64,000 nt of DNA, from positions 165,609-229,608 of the forward strand of contig CAYYWQ010000001.1 in assembly GCA_964474825.1 (NCBI GenBank), given 5' to 3'. The DNA is from an uncultured Candidatus Saccharibacteria bacterium. Lineage in GTDB: Bacteria; Patescibacteriota; Doudnabacteria; UBA920. Shown one piece after another: positions 18,875 through 27,974 of the stretch. The notes under the pieces were generated by a model. It did no database searches. It was not told the origin of the DNA and saw only the letters and a program-made list of their open reading frames with translations. The position numbers and the translations under genes were made by a program. Within the stretch, counting starts at the first letter, position 1. The number at the start of each line of letters is the position of its first letter.

Positions 18875-19987
18875 TTAGATAATTACTCTTTTTAAATACT
18901 GCGGTATCTTAACCAAGATTTCATAAGGGATAGTATGGCAAAGTTTAGCTATGTTGTCTACACTGTTGGGGTCTTTGGGATTTTTGCTCATTATTGTTAC
19001 CGGCATGTCCAAACGGGGATTACTAACTTTTGAAATATCTATAGACGTTATATTCATACTAACTCTTCCGAGTATAGGACAAACCGTTTTCCCCACCATC
19101 ATAAAACCTTTACTAGAAAGTCTTCTGTCCAAGCCTTCGTGGTAGCCGCCTGCCACTGTGGCTACATTCATGTTTTTTGGCGCTGTAAAGGTTATATTGT
19201 ATCCAATTTTTTCGCCTTTTTTAAGTTTGCGAATAGAACTAATTACAGAACGCATTTCTAAGGCAGGTTTTAGGTTAAGTGGATTTCGCGGAGAAAAATT
19301 ATAGCCGTATAAAGAAATTCCCAAGCGCCCAATGTTGGAATCAATTTTTCCATTCAAATCCGCGCCCGCGCTGTTGCTTAAGTGTTTGTATTTTATGGAA
19401 GGTAATTCTTTAGGAAGTTTTTTAGCCAAACTATTCCATAACGCAATTTGCTTATGGCTAAATTCGTCTGTGTCGCCGTCTGCGTCTGCTAAGTGTGAAG
19501 ACATTCCTTCCACTTTAATAAATTTATTTTTTTGAATAATCTTAACTGCTTCATCAAGCTGCTGTGGAAGCAGTCCTTGCCTGCGCATGCCAGTGTCTAT
19601 TTTTAAATGAAAGACAACAGGCTTTATAATTTTGCGATTTATATCCTTTAACTGGTCCAGGCTAATAATTCCAAAAGAAATATTACGTAGCTTTTGATTG
19701 TTAATGCTTTCTGTGGTGCAGTAACCCAAAACCAAAAGGGGAGTTTTTATTTTGGCTTTCCGAAGTTCGCATGCCTCAAATATGGAATTAACCATAAAAA
19801 AAGGCGAGCCTTGCCCGTCTAAAATTTTACCAATTTCCACAAGTCCATGACCGTAACCATTGCTCTTAATAACCGGCGCAAATTTAACACTCCTGTAAGC
19901 GCGCTGAAATTGGCGAAGATTATGTAAAATATTGTCTTTATAAACCAAAACCTCTATTAGAGTTTCGTAAGGATTGCCTAATGTCAT
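18875..19987 (-). CDS. alr: Alanine racemase. Start reassigned to the ATG at 19987, because the ORF-caller's extension to 20290 overlaps the KH-domain gene
   Basis: VIKSNGYGHG PLP-lysine motif; C-terminal GRVSMNITSID. Confidence 0.8.
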   Translation of the reverse strand: MTLGNPYETLIEVLVYKDNILHNLRQFQRAYRSVKFAPVIKSNGYGHGLVEIGKILDGQGSPFFMVNSIFEACELRKAKIKTPLLVLGYCTTESINNQKLRNISFGIISLDQLKDINRKIIKPVVFHLKIDTGMRRQGLLPQQLDEAVKIIQKNKFIKVEGMSSHLADADGDTDEFSHKQIALWNSLAKKLPKELPSIKYKHLSNSAGADLNGKIDSNIGRLGISLYGYNFSPRNPLNLKPALEMRSVISSIRKLKKGEKIGYNITFTAPKNMNVATVAGGYHEGLDRRLSSKGFMMVGKTVCPILGRVSMNITSIDISKVSNPRLDMPVTIMSKNPKDPNSVDNIAKLCHTIPYEILVKIPQYLKRVII

Positions 19988-20089
19988 ATAAGCATTATAC
20001 CAAACTGGTATTGAAATAGAAAAGAAAGTGAGGTAGAATACTGCACGGGCTCCAAGGGGAGCCAATCTCAAGTTGAAGGATGGTTCAAG

Positions 20090-20320
20090 ATGAAGGATTT
20101 GGTTGAACGTATCGTGAAGGTGCTCGTTGATATCCCGGAACAAGTTGATGTCCGGGAGGTGAGCGGTGCGGAAGTAACGGTTTTTGAAGTTCGGGTGGCC
20201 CCTTCCGATACCGGAAAGGTAATAGGCAAACAAGGGCGTACTGTGCGTTCGATCCGCACTCTGTTGGGCGCGGCGGGTATGAAGGATCACAGGCGTTACT
20301 CTGTGGAGATCTTGGAGTAG
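20090..20320 (+). CDS. KH-domain RNA-binding protein (UPF0109/YlqC-like)
   Basis: MKDLVERIVKVLVDIPEQVDVREV...VAPSDTGKVIGKQGRTVRSIRTLL... closely matches the conserved KH-domain protein family; local GC is higher than its surroundings. Confidence 0.8.
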   Translation: MKDLVERIVKVLVDIPEQVDVREVSGAEVTVFEVRVAPSDTGKVIGKQGRTVRSIRTLLGAAGMKDHRRYSVEILE

Positions 20321-20448
20321 CTATGCTTCTTAGGCTACTAGTTGTGATGACCGGGCTGGTCATTCTATATTGCATGTTCCGTCTGGGACTTTCGTAACCG
20401 CGCCGCGGCCCGCAGTTTGTGGCCGCCGCTCAACCAAGCAAAAACCGG

Positions 20449-20510
20449 TAAAGACACAGTTTGCGCAGTACGCGCCGACTAGTTCTTTACCGGTTTTTCA
20501 ATTTACCCTT
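20449..20510 (+). terminator. Long stem-loop (13-bp stem aaaaccggtaaag/ctttaccggtttt, ~31-nt loop) followed by a T-run; candidate terminator after the KH gene
   Basis: Inverted repeat seen directly; loop is atypically long. Confidence 0.4.
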
Positions 20511-20515
20511 TTTGT

Positions 20516-20634
20516 GTCATTCCGAGCGAGTGCAGCCGAGAGAGGAATCCCTTAACTCTTATAATCATCCGCAAAGATATCCCTCCACTCTTCCTCAGAT
20601 GCATTCGGAGTAAGTTGGGATGACAAAGGGATGT
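20516..20634. repeat. Family B palindromic repeat, full-length intergenic copy
   Basis: gtcattccgagcgagtgcagccgag...gaatccctta...gatgcattcgg...gggatgac. Confidence 0.75.
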
Positions 20635-20637
20635 TAT

Positions 20638-21843
20638 TTAAACTATTTCAAACCTATTTTGTTTCCGTTGCCAAAAGTAAACAATTATGGCCGCGGCTAA
20701 AAGCGCTATTGGGATCCAGTATCCGGGGACATAGGCGGTGGAAAATTCCCAGAAGCCTATTTTTTGGAAGCTAATGTTGCCGCGCACGGTTGCTACGTTG
20801 TCCAGTAATTGGTCAGTCTGTGTGTTTAAACTTTCTAGAGTATTTTTAATTGAAGTGATCTGGCTGGTTAAATAGCCGGATTGGCTGTTGTAGTTGTAAT
20901 TTTCATTGGCCAACTGGCTGCGTAAGTTTGCCACGCGGTTTTTTAAAGTTTGTTTTTCTTGTTCTATTTGCGCGGCACGGCTTGGGTCAAAAGTAGTTTC
21001 TTTTTCTAAGTCCGCCAGTTGCTTGTTTGCCGAGCTAATTTGCCCGTTTAATTTGCCCGTGGTTTGGGTGTGGGCTTCGTTTAATTTGGTTAAATCTAAA
21101 TTTAATTGTGCCAGGCTTTTATTCTGTTCGTTAGTTTGCTGTTCCAAAGAAACTTTTTCCGGCAGCATGTTTTGGCTGCTTAAGCTTTCACTGTAAAAGC
21201 GCGCGCCGGTTAAGTTTTTAATTTCTGTTTTAAAACTTTCCAGTTTACCGGACGGGATTACAAAACTAATATGGCCGGACTGCTCCGAAGCGCTGGCGGA
21301 ATCTACCCGTCCGCCAAAGCCGCGGACAGTTGTTTCTACCCTTTGTTCTAAAGGCTGAATGTCCCTGCTTTTTAAAACAGCGCCATAACCTGTTTTAATA
21401 AATTCGCGGTTGTCCGTGGAAGGGATTTCCGCCGCTTGGTTATAGGGTTGGGTATAATAATAGTCAGGCGCAAATGTTTTTGCGGACGAGTTATTCATGG
21501 GAGCCGACAGCGAATCTGTCCGCAGGCCCCTTGCGGAAGAATCTATTTCTTGATTATTTAAAGGCACGGCAGGAGATTGTGCCACAGTAGTTTCTTTATT
21601 TTGCCCCATTAAAAGTTGTGTGTTGGTTTTGTGGTTGGCCACCGTAATAAATAGCAGGCTTACAAAGGCCATGCCGGAAAGCGCCAAAGAGAGCCAGGGG
21701 ACAGGGGATTTAAAATTATCAGCATTAACAACGGCGGGGTTTAACTCACTGAGCGCCGCGTTTTTTAAGGTTTGATAATTGTTGGGCAGCTGCTGTTGCT
21801 GTTTGCCCCAGTCGCTTAAAGTTTTTTCTAAAGTGTAATTCAT
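20638..21843 (-). CDS. Putative anti-sigma factor / DUF4349-like membrane protein (short cytoplasmic N-terminus, TM, coiled-coil periplasmic domain, C-terminal hydrophobic segment)
   Basis: Immediately downstream of the ECF sigma gene; TM at ~50-70; Q/N-rich coiled coil; C-terminal IPIALLAAAIIVYFW. Confidence 0.5.
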   Translation of the reverse strand: MNYTLEKTLSDWGKQQQQLPNNYQTLKNAALSELNPAVVNADNFKSPVPWLSLALSGMAFVSLLFITVANHKTNTQLLMGQNKETTVAQSPAVPLNNQEIDSSARGLRTDSLSAPMNNSSAKTFAPDYYYTQPYNQAAEIPSTDNREFIKTGYGAVLKSRDIQPLEQRVETTVRGFGGRVDSASASEQSGHISFVIPSGKLESFKTEIKNLTGARFYSESLSSQNMLPEKVSLEQQTNEQNKSLAQLNLDLTKLNEAHTQTTGKLNGQISSANKQLADLEKETTFDPSRAAQIEQEKQTLKNRVANLRSQLANENYNYNSQSGYLTSQITSIKNTLESLNTQTDQLLDNVATVRGNISFQKIGFWEFSTAYVPGYWIPIALLAAAIIVYFWQRKQNRFEIV

Positions 21844-21937
21844 ATTTTTTCAGTTTTACCCTGTTAAATAATTTTGTCAAAGCAGCTTATGTAACAAACT
21901 AATTTGATGTGGTTTAAGTAATAGATCTCCTGGCTAT

Positions 21938-22465
21938 CTATTTAACAGGGTGAATTGCGGCACGGGCCCGGGTAAGTGCTCTATGCAGGCGCACCCTAAC
22001 CGCCACAAAGTTAATGTTCAAAACTTTAGCTATGTCGTTTACAGGCAAGTCGCTAATATAACGAAGGCGTAAAAGTTCGCGGTCGTCCTCGCTTAACAGA
22101 GCCATTACCTGCTCTATTAATAAAGTATTTTCGGAAGTTTTAGCGTCGTCCGTTACCTGTTCGTGCTGCTCCACATTCAACTCGACTTCTCTTCCGGATT
22201 TTCTCCAGTATTGTCGGCATTCGTTATGCGCAATGGCAAACAACCAGGCGCTAAAATTTCCGCCTTCTGTCCTAAAGCCGGGCAAGGCGTTAATGGCTTT
22301 AAGCCATGTGTTCTGAAGTATGTCTTCGGCCAGTGTTTTGTTTTTAAGGGTGTTAACCAAATAGCCAAAAAGTTTTGGCGTAAGGGCATCCCAAAGTTGG
22401 CCCAATGCTTCCTTGTTACCGCCCTGGGCCTGTTTTACTAACGTTTGCTGCTGTTGTAAATCCAT
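21938..22465 (-). CDS. ECF-type RNA polymerase sigma-70 factor
   Basis: Region 2 (LVNTLKNKTLAEDILQNTWLKA) and region 4 (DIAKVLNINFVAVRVRLHRALTRAR) motifs. Confidence 0.85.
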   Translation of the reverse strand: MDLQQQQTLVKQAQGGNKEALGQLWDALTPKLFGYLVNTLKNKTLAEDILQNTWLKAINALPGFRTEGGNFSAWLFAIAHNECRQYWRKSGREVELNVEQHEQVTDDAKTSENTLLIEQVMALLSEDDRELLRLRYISDLPVNDIAKVLNINFVAVRVRLHRALTRARAAIHPVK

Positions 22466-22543
22466 AAATTATAATTGCCAGACTGATATCAGTTGCTATA
22501 GCTATATATAGATAATACCGCAAGACGGTAAAAGGTTACAAGT

Positions 22544-22580
22544 AAAAAACCGTCCCGTTCTAAATTAAGGGGCGGTTTTT
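22544..22580. terminator. Terminator hairpin (aaccgtccc...ggggcggtt) between the pilin and sigma genes
   Basis: Imperfect inverted repeat with flanking T/A runs. Confidence 0.45.
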
Positions 22581-22595
22581 AATAATATTATAGTT

Positions 22596-23114
22596 TTACT
22601 TCACTACTCCAATTGAGTAATATTGTCCGAATGTGGCATCGCCATAAGACAGGGTGCCTTTAAGTTGTGGGTGAGCAACGGTTTCCAGTGGTGCTGCCAA
22701 AAAATAGGCCAAGGTACTGCTGGCATTTGCCGGAAATTTAAGGTTAGTGCCGTATACGTAGACGTATCCGGTAGTGGCAGAATTGCTCGGGTCTTTAGGG
22801 TCACGGGTAATATATTTTGGCACCATGGGGCTCATAAAGGAGTTGTCTCCCGAAGAGTCCACGTTTCCAATACCGGCAAGGCTAAGGTTGCAGGCTCCGC
22901 TGTATCCAACGTCTGTACAGTCCGGGTAGCGCTTGTTGTCCGCGTAGTATAATTCTAAGGCTTTGGCTACATTATTTAAGTCCGCGATTCTCTTAGTGTC
23001 ACGCCCTTTAATGCGAGCTGTTTTTAATGCCACCATAGTTAGGGAAGAAATAAAGACAATAATAGAAACAACTACCATAAGTTCTACAAGTGTATAACCA
23101 CTCATAGACTCCAT
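22596..23114 (-). CDS. Type IV pilin / pseudopilin with prepilin N-terminal cleavage-methylation motif (start taken at the internal Met giving the short leader MESMSG)
   Basis: SGYTLVELMVVVSIIVFISSLTMVAL is the class III signal; DLNNVAKALELYYADNKRYPD is a pilin-like head domain. Confidence 0.8.
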   Translation of the reverse strand: MESMSGYTLVELMVVVSIIVFISSLTMVALKTARIKGRDTKRIADLNNVAKALELYYADNKRYPDCTDVGYSGACNLSLAGIGNVDSSGDNSFMSPMVPKYITRDPKDPSNSATTGYVYVYGTNLKFPANASSTLAYFLAAPLETVAHPQLKGTLSYGDATFGQYYSIGVVK

Positions 23115-23345
23115 GGAAGGTTTATTGTGTTTTTTGAGGGAAAAGTGGGATGCTTTGTCTTTATGAATTTTTGTTCTTGATTTCATTTTTGCGATTTTTT
23201 ACAAATTGCACTATGTGGTTATTTTACCACTATTTTTTGTTTTTTTAAAATGGTAAATAGTCAATTTTGCTTTAATCCTTATATTAATGCCATTTTTAGT
23301 CAAAATCATGCTATAATAGAAACCAGAAAATTAAATTTAGAATTT

Positions 23346-24344
23346 ATGAAAAGATTACTGCTTATCTTGGCGGTTATGTTATTACTTGGAGCTTCGTGTA
23401 ATAACCAAAAAACTCCGGCTACCCAAAATCAGGAGGGGGAGCTAAATACACATTCAACAAGTACCCCAAACGAGCCGGTGAGTGGCGAAACAACTTCTGT
23501 AAAAGTGGCGGTAATTGCTTTGGGGGACAATGGAAAATTAGGAGAAAAAATTGGCTGCGACGACAGTGTGGTTTACATAACCAAAAATGTTCCGGCAACA
23601 AAGCAACCACTTAACGCGGCCTTAAAACAACTCTTTGTGTTAAATGAATCCAGCGTAAAAGATGCCGCCTATCCCAATGCTGATTTGTATAATGTCATTC
23701 ACAGCTGGCAGCGAAGTTATCCGGAAAAAGAAGTAGTTTTAAAGTTTGACCATGCCACAATTGAGGAAGGCGTGGCTAAAATTTATTTAACCGGAAGTTT
23801 TGGAAGCATTGGCGGGGTTTGCGATGACCCACGAGTTGCCGCGCAATTCGGAGGGACAATTAAGCAATTCTCCTCTGTAAAATCTTATGAGACTTACTTA
23901 AACGGTAAACCCGTTGTTTGGACAGAACTGTTTTCCGGAATGGGTTGGGAAACTTATATTAACAGCGAATATGGTTTTGAAATTCATTACCCCGGGAATT
24001 GGACACAGAAAATTACACAAGCCGGAAGTCTTAAGGAAGCGTACCCGTTGGAAATAGAGTGGAATACTCAGTCTGACATTAAAGTATATTTGGAGGCAGA
24101 TTATCATTCTTTTGATTTTGCGCAATCGCACATAGGTTCTGATGGTGGAAAAACTGTCTTTGGAAGAAAATATGATTTACTGCATGGAAAAACTTCCAGT
24201 TCATCCAACACCTCTTTTATAATGTATTCAACAAAAGGAACGGGGGACAGGGCTTATCACTTGCGTGTTACATACCCAACTTCTAAGGAATCTACGGCAA
24301 TTGGATGGGCGGAAGATTTGTTGGGGACTTTAACGTTCAAATAG
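23346..24344 (+). CDS. Secreted lipoprotein, function unknown (start at MKRLLLILAVMLLLGASC)
   Basis: Signal peptide with LGASC lipobox; ORF-caller start at 23250 is upstream of the signal. Confidence 0.55.
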   Translation: MKRLLLILAVMLLLGASCNNQKTPATQNQEGELNTHSTSTPNEPVSGETTSVKVAVIALGDNGKLGEKIGCDDSVVYITKNVPATKQPLNAALKQLFVLNESSVKDAAYPNADLYNVIHSWQRSYPEKEVVLKFDHATIEEGVAKIYLTGSFGSIGGVCDDPRVAAQFGGTIKQFSSVKSYETYLNGKPVVWTELFSGMGWETYINSEYGFEIHYPGNWTQKITQAGSLKEAYPLEIEWNTQSDIKVYLEADYHSFDFAQSHIGSDGGKTVFGRKYDLLHGKTSSSSNTSFIMYSTKGTGDRAYHLRVTYPTSKESTAIGWAEDLLGTLTFK

Positions 24345-24396
24345 TGTTAGGGAACTTTTTAATGCCGAGGTGGCCGTTGCGACAAAGACGGTTTTT

Positions 24397-25272
24397 TTAA
24401 AGCCATCTTGCCACTGGTTCCTCCGGAGATTCTTCCTGTTTTATTTTCAGCATGGCATTCGTCATGGGGAAATCAAAGCCTTTTTCTCTTGCCATGACTT
24501 TGTGTAATTTTTTTAGGAATTCCGCGCGTTGTACCCGCTTAAATAGGGGATAACCGTCCCAAAGATACATTTGCGGGGTTTCCCTTTTTTTCGCGTAGCC
24601 GTAAACTATGTCGTTCTTGCCTTCAAAGTCAGGTATGGTCACACTGCCGCTACCCTCGTTTTCGCTGTCAAAAAAATAACGAGCCAAAGAAGCCAAGAGT
24701 TCGTCCTTAGAGGCTAAATATTTCTCTCGGGATTTTATGTCTTGTTTGTCTATGTCCTGGCTGTAGATTTTTTCGGAAACTAAATAACCGGTACCTTTTT
24801 TTTGTTTTTTGTCCTGTGTGGTCGGTTGCTCGGGCTCGCCAAATACTAGCTGCATGTCGGGCAAATATTTTGCAAAATGTTTTTTTAGCAGCTCCAGAGA
24901 TTTTTGGTACTCATGGTGGAATTCGCCAAAGGTGTATTTAAATCGCTCGTGACTTGATTTAGGCAAGTGAGCGTCTTGATACATTTTCATGTCCAAAAGC
25001 GTTAACCGCTTTATTATGTGCTCGTCGTCCGGCCCGGCTTCCCAGCCTTCTCCTTCCACTGACCTAACAGGTTTCCTTGCTTCATATACTTTGGCTAAGT
25101 CTCCTTCGGCTATTTTTTTGCCCATAAATACCGGTGCCAAATCTTTTTTTTCGCCGGCGATGATTTTTTTAAATTTTTCAAAACTTTCAGCAAATTTAAC
25201 CATATTTTTTGTATTTATTAAAAAATAAAAACCGGCCCAAAGGCCGATTATAATTGATGCCAGCCACAGCAA
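24397..25272 (-). CDS. Hypothetical membrane-anchored protein
   Basis: N-terminal TM helix; no recognisable motif. Confidence 0.5.
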   Translation of the reverse strand: MLWLASIIIGLWAGFYFLINTKNMVKFAESFEKFKKIIAGEKKDLAPVFMGKKIAEGDLAKVYEARKPVRSVEGEGWEAGPDDEHIIKRLTLLDMKMYQDAHLPKSSHERFKYTFGEFHHEYQKSLELLKKHFAKYLPDMQLVFGEPEQPTTQDKKQKKGTGYLVSEKIYSQDIDKQDIKSREKYLASKDELLASLARYFFDSENEGSGSVTIPDFEGKNDIVYGYAKKRETPQMYLWDGYPLFKRVQRAEFLKKLHKVMAREKGFDFPMTNAMLKIKQEESPEEPVARWL

Positions 25273-25489
25273 TTACTGCTGTGAATACGCTGTCACCCAA
25301 GGCATATTTATTATACCGCATTTAAAAAATTTGTAAATGTGGAAAAACTTTTTACCTAAAGATTGTGGAATTAGAGGAAAAATAATCTTCTAAAATCATC
25401 AATAAATATTGCTGAGCTTAGAGGATCGGGCAAGCTTAGCTTACCCGTGCCTGTCGAACTTGATTACTCCTCCTAGTTTTTGCGCTTTT

Positions 25490-25795
25490 TTAGCGCTGGG
25501 GTTGAGGTCGCCGGGAAGCCGCCAAGGCCGCCATGCGACCCTTGTTGCCGACTTCGCTCAGCACCATCATCATCGGCGCCGGTTCGGCGACGTTCTTGCC
25601 GTTCTGGGCAATGGCGATAAGCGCCTCGCCTCCGTCTTTCTCCAATATGAGCACCAGCGTGCTCCTTGTTCCTTTTTCTACTCCTTCCGAAAGGCGCAGG
25701 CCCATCATTTGCAGGGCCTGTTGGATCTCTTCACCATGGGCGAAGTTTTGCGCGATCAGCTCGGGGGTCACTCCGGTTACTACCATCTGAGGCAT
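25490..25795 (-). CDS. Hypothetical protein within the high-GC segment (start at MPQMVV, preceded by GGAGAAAGA RBS)
   Basis: Protein-like composition; opposite-strand ORF 25409-25948 is Arg/His-rich and low-complexity. Confidence 0.45.
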   Translation of the reverse strand: MPQMVVTGVTPELIAQNFAHGEEIQQALQMMGLRLSEGVEKGTRSTLVLILEKDGGEALIAIAQNGKNVAEPAPMMMVLSEVGNKGRMAALAASRRPQPQR

Positions 25796-25961
25796 TCTTT
25801 CTCCAAGAATTTGATTTTCGCAACACTTCCACAATTTTGTGGAAAGCGAACTGCCAATAATAATTTATTTAGCAAATCGTTTTCCATAAATTTTTACAAT
25901 TGCAACTTAAGATTCTATCAAGATTTAGTCTTATTGTCAATGAAATAATACAAATATGCAA

Positions 25962-26000
25962 AAAGGAGATTATGTAAGATTTATAAATTTAAAACCAGCC
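25962..26000 (-). terminator. Intrinsic terminator after the ligase-like gene (gcctcaagg-gaaa-ccttgaggc + T-run on the minus strand)
   Basis: Perfect 9-bp stem. Confidence 0.6.
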
Positions 26001-26642
26001 TCAAGGTTTCCCTTGAGGCTTTCGAAATCCCGCAAACCGCTTTGCGCGTTCTTTTTTTATGGGGTTGTAGTCGGCGTTGAGGATCTTGACCCAATTGGCT
26101 GGCAGCGTAGGGTCGTAGCCCGCGTCTTTTAGTTTGGCAACCAGTCCCTCTAAGGTGTGCTTGCGGGTACGTGCCAGCAACTTTTGCGCCTCTTGCGATT
26201 CATAGTAGGGCAGGCGCCGCAGGGTGCCGGTTGTTGTTTGCGGAAAAATTCTTTGCAAGATTTGTTTCCGCATAAGCAGGCTGAGTTGCCGCACGTCTTC
26301 GCCATTTAGCCAGAGTAGGTCAAACACAAAGTAAATAACGTGCGGGTTGCCGGTGGTTACGGCTTCAAAGTCCGGGTTGCCTTCGCTGTCCAGACAGGCC
26401 AGTTCGCCGTCGAACACAGCTTCTTCAAAACCCAAACCCACAAGCTCCTTGCGCACCTGCGCGAACCCGGCATGGGTTTTACCGCTTTTCGTTTGCAGTG
26501 TTACGCTCTTGCCAGAGATTTTTGCCAGGCAACGCCAGCCGTCTACTTTGGGTTCGTACACGTAGAGCAGGGGATTCTTAAGCACTTGCGTTATGCTGTA
26601 GCGGTCATCGCTCACAACAATAGCGGTTATTTTGGGCACCAT
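26001..26642 (-). CDS. Minimal ATP-dependent DNA ligase-like nucleotidyltransferase (213 aa, adenylation domain only)
   Basis: Motif I KVDGWR, motif III FDGEL, motif IV EGLVAK, motif V WVKIL; high-GC context. Confidence 0.65.
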   Translation of the reverse strand: MVPKITAIVVSDDRYSITQVLKNPLLYVYEPKVDGWRCLAKISGKSVTLQTKSGKTHAGFAQVRKELVGLGFEEAVFDGELACLDSEGNPDFEAVTTGNPHVIYFVFDLLWLNGEDVRQLSLLMRKQILQRIFPQTTTGTLRRLPYYESQEAQKLLARTRKHTLEGLVAKLKDAGYDPTLPANWVKILNADYNPIKKERAKRFAGFRKPQGKP

Positions 26643-26864
26643 ACTCCCTCCTTGGTATAACCAGAAACGGAGGGATTTAATAAAAGTTACGAATAAAAAA
26701 GCACAAAGATTGTCTTTGCGCGAAGTTTATGCAAAATTTTTTCAAACCACTTCCCAAACTAATTATAAAATAACAAACTTGGGAGGTGGGCTGAAATACA
26801 ACAGGAGTTGTAGTAGCCCGGTCTTGAATTCAAATCCACTCAACTTGTTGGAACTGGCTGGAAG

Positions 26865-27398
26865 TTACTGCTGGGCGATGATCTTTCTGGACTCGCTCAT
26901 GTTTTTGCTGAGCTCAGGTGCGAGCTCAAAGCTTTTAGAGAGGGAGCTAATATGGCTTTCTAATGCTTTGCCCTCGTCTTCGAATTCTCGGAGCTTTTCG
27001 TAAAACAGAGGATCCTTACTTTTTGGTATGAGGTTAGCCCTCGCCTCAAGGATTTTTCTGTGGGAGTTCAGGAACTTGAGTTTCGTCTGATGGTAAGTCC
27101 CCAAGACATTCGCTAGTCTTATGTAGGCCTTCCTGACTTCACGCTGGGCGATTGTTCCTTCGTACCAATCGTCGATTTTTTTTGCCTGAGCTAGTTTTGC
27201 CTTTAGTATGTCCAAGGCGTAGTCGGAAAAGCCGGCGGCGACCTGGCAGTCTCTGGCAAACGTCTCCAGCCTGTCCTTCTCTACTTCTAGGGCGGCTTGC
27301 CAGTCTTTTTTTCTCTCGGCGGTTGCGGTGGTGCTGGCGCTCAGGAAGATCGCCAACAAAATAAGAGAGTGGATTAAATTTTTCATGGCTTTCCTCAA
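26865..27398 (-). CDS. Secreted hypothetical protein (signal peptide; helical)
   Basis: N-terminal LILLAIFLSASTTATA signal. Confidence 0.45.
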   Translation of the reverse strand: MRKAMKNLIHSLILLAIFLSASTTATAERKKDWQAALEVEKDRLETFARDCQVAAGFSDYALDILKAKLAQAKKIDDWYEGTIAQREVRKAYIRLANVLGTYHQTKLKFLNSHRKILEARANLIPKSKDPLFYEKLREFEDEGKALESHISSLSKSFELAPELSKNMSESRKIIAQQ

Positions 27399-27523
27399 AA
27401 GGAACTAGGCGCCTAAAAAGCCGCGCAAATCCCTTCAAAGAAAACCCTGTATTATACCCCCTAAAAAATATGCTTTAGTATATCAAAAAGCCCGGGAAAG
27501 TCCAGGCTTAGTTTTATAAAATA

Positions 27524-27892
27524 TTAGTTATTGTTACTCCACCAATTTGGCCTGCTTAAGTCTTTTGTTTTAATTCCTTTCGCTAGACAATAGGGAATAT
27601 AAGGCAAAACATCTGCGAGTAAATGTAAAATAATTAAAGGCGGAAATTTTGTCCAATTACCAAAGTCTTGGTGAATGCAAACAAGCTCGCCTTCATCTAC
27701 AGCATGAATGTGTTTAAAATAAGCACGGGAACGATAGCTGTTGGTTGGGTGGGAAAAATTATACTCTTTTTTAAATAAATTTTTTACAGCCTCAAAATCT
27801 GCCGGCTTAACCCAAATAAAATATCTGTCTAATGGCTTAATGTCCAGCATCTTCCTTTCCCAAAAATAATTCCAAAGTTCTGTTTCTTTCAT
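27524..27892 (-). CDS. Hypothetical protein downstream of the KAP NTPase gene
   Basis: ORF only. Confidence 0.4.
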   Translation of the reverse strand: MKETELWNYFWERKMLDIKPLDRYFIWVKPADFEAVKNLFKKEYNFSHPTNSYRSRAYFKHIHAVDEGELVCIHQDFGNWTKFPPLIILHLLADVLPYIPYCLAKGIKTKDLSRPNWWSNNN

Positions 27893-27974
27893 GTTCTAAA
27901 TTCTAATTGGAGTAAAAAACGGGCCATGTCCCTATTTGTTTTTCCTTGTTGATCATTCATGAAAGTTTATATGA

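Noticed and set aside
18875-20290. 471-aa version of the alanine racemase ORF and the 96-aa ORF at 20085-20375
   Set aside because: The N-terminal 101 residues are non-conserved and overlap the well-supported KH-domain gene on the opposite strand. The conserved Alr sequence begins at the internal ATG at 19987.
22596-23186. Long (28-aa) leader on the pilin ORF
   Set aside because: Prepilin leaders are short. The internal Met at 23114 gives a canonical MESMSG|YTLVE leader.
25409-25948. 179-aa plus-strand ORF in the GC-rich segment
   Set aside because: It is Arg/His-rich and low-complexity, which is typical of spurious ORFs in GC-rich DNA. The opposite-strand ORF has a good RBS and protein-like composition.
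26632-27003. 123-aa plus-strand ORF overlapping the end of the ligase gene and the secreted-protein gene
   Set aside because: It runs across two convergent, better-supported minus-strand genes and their spacer, and shows no motif.
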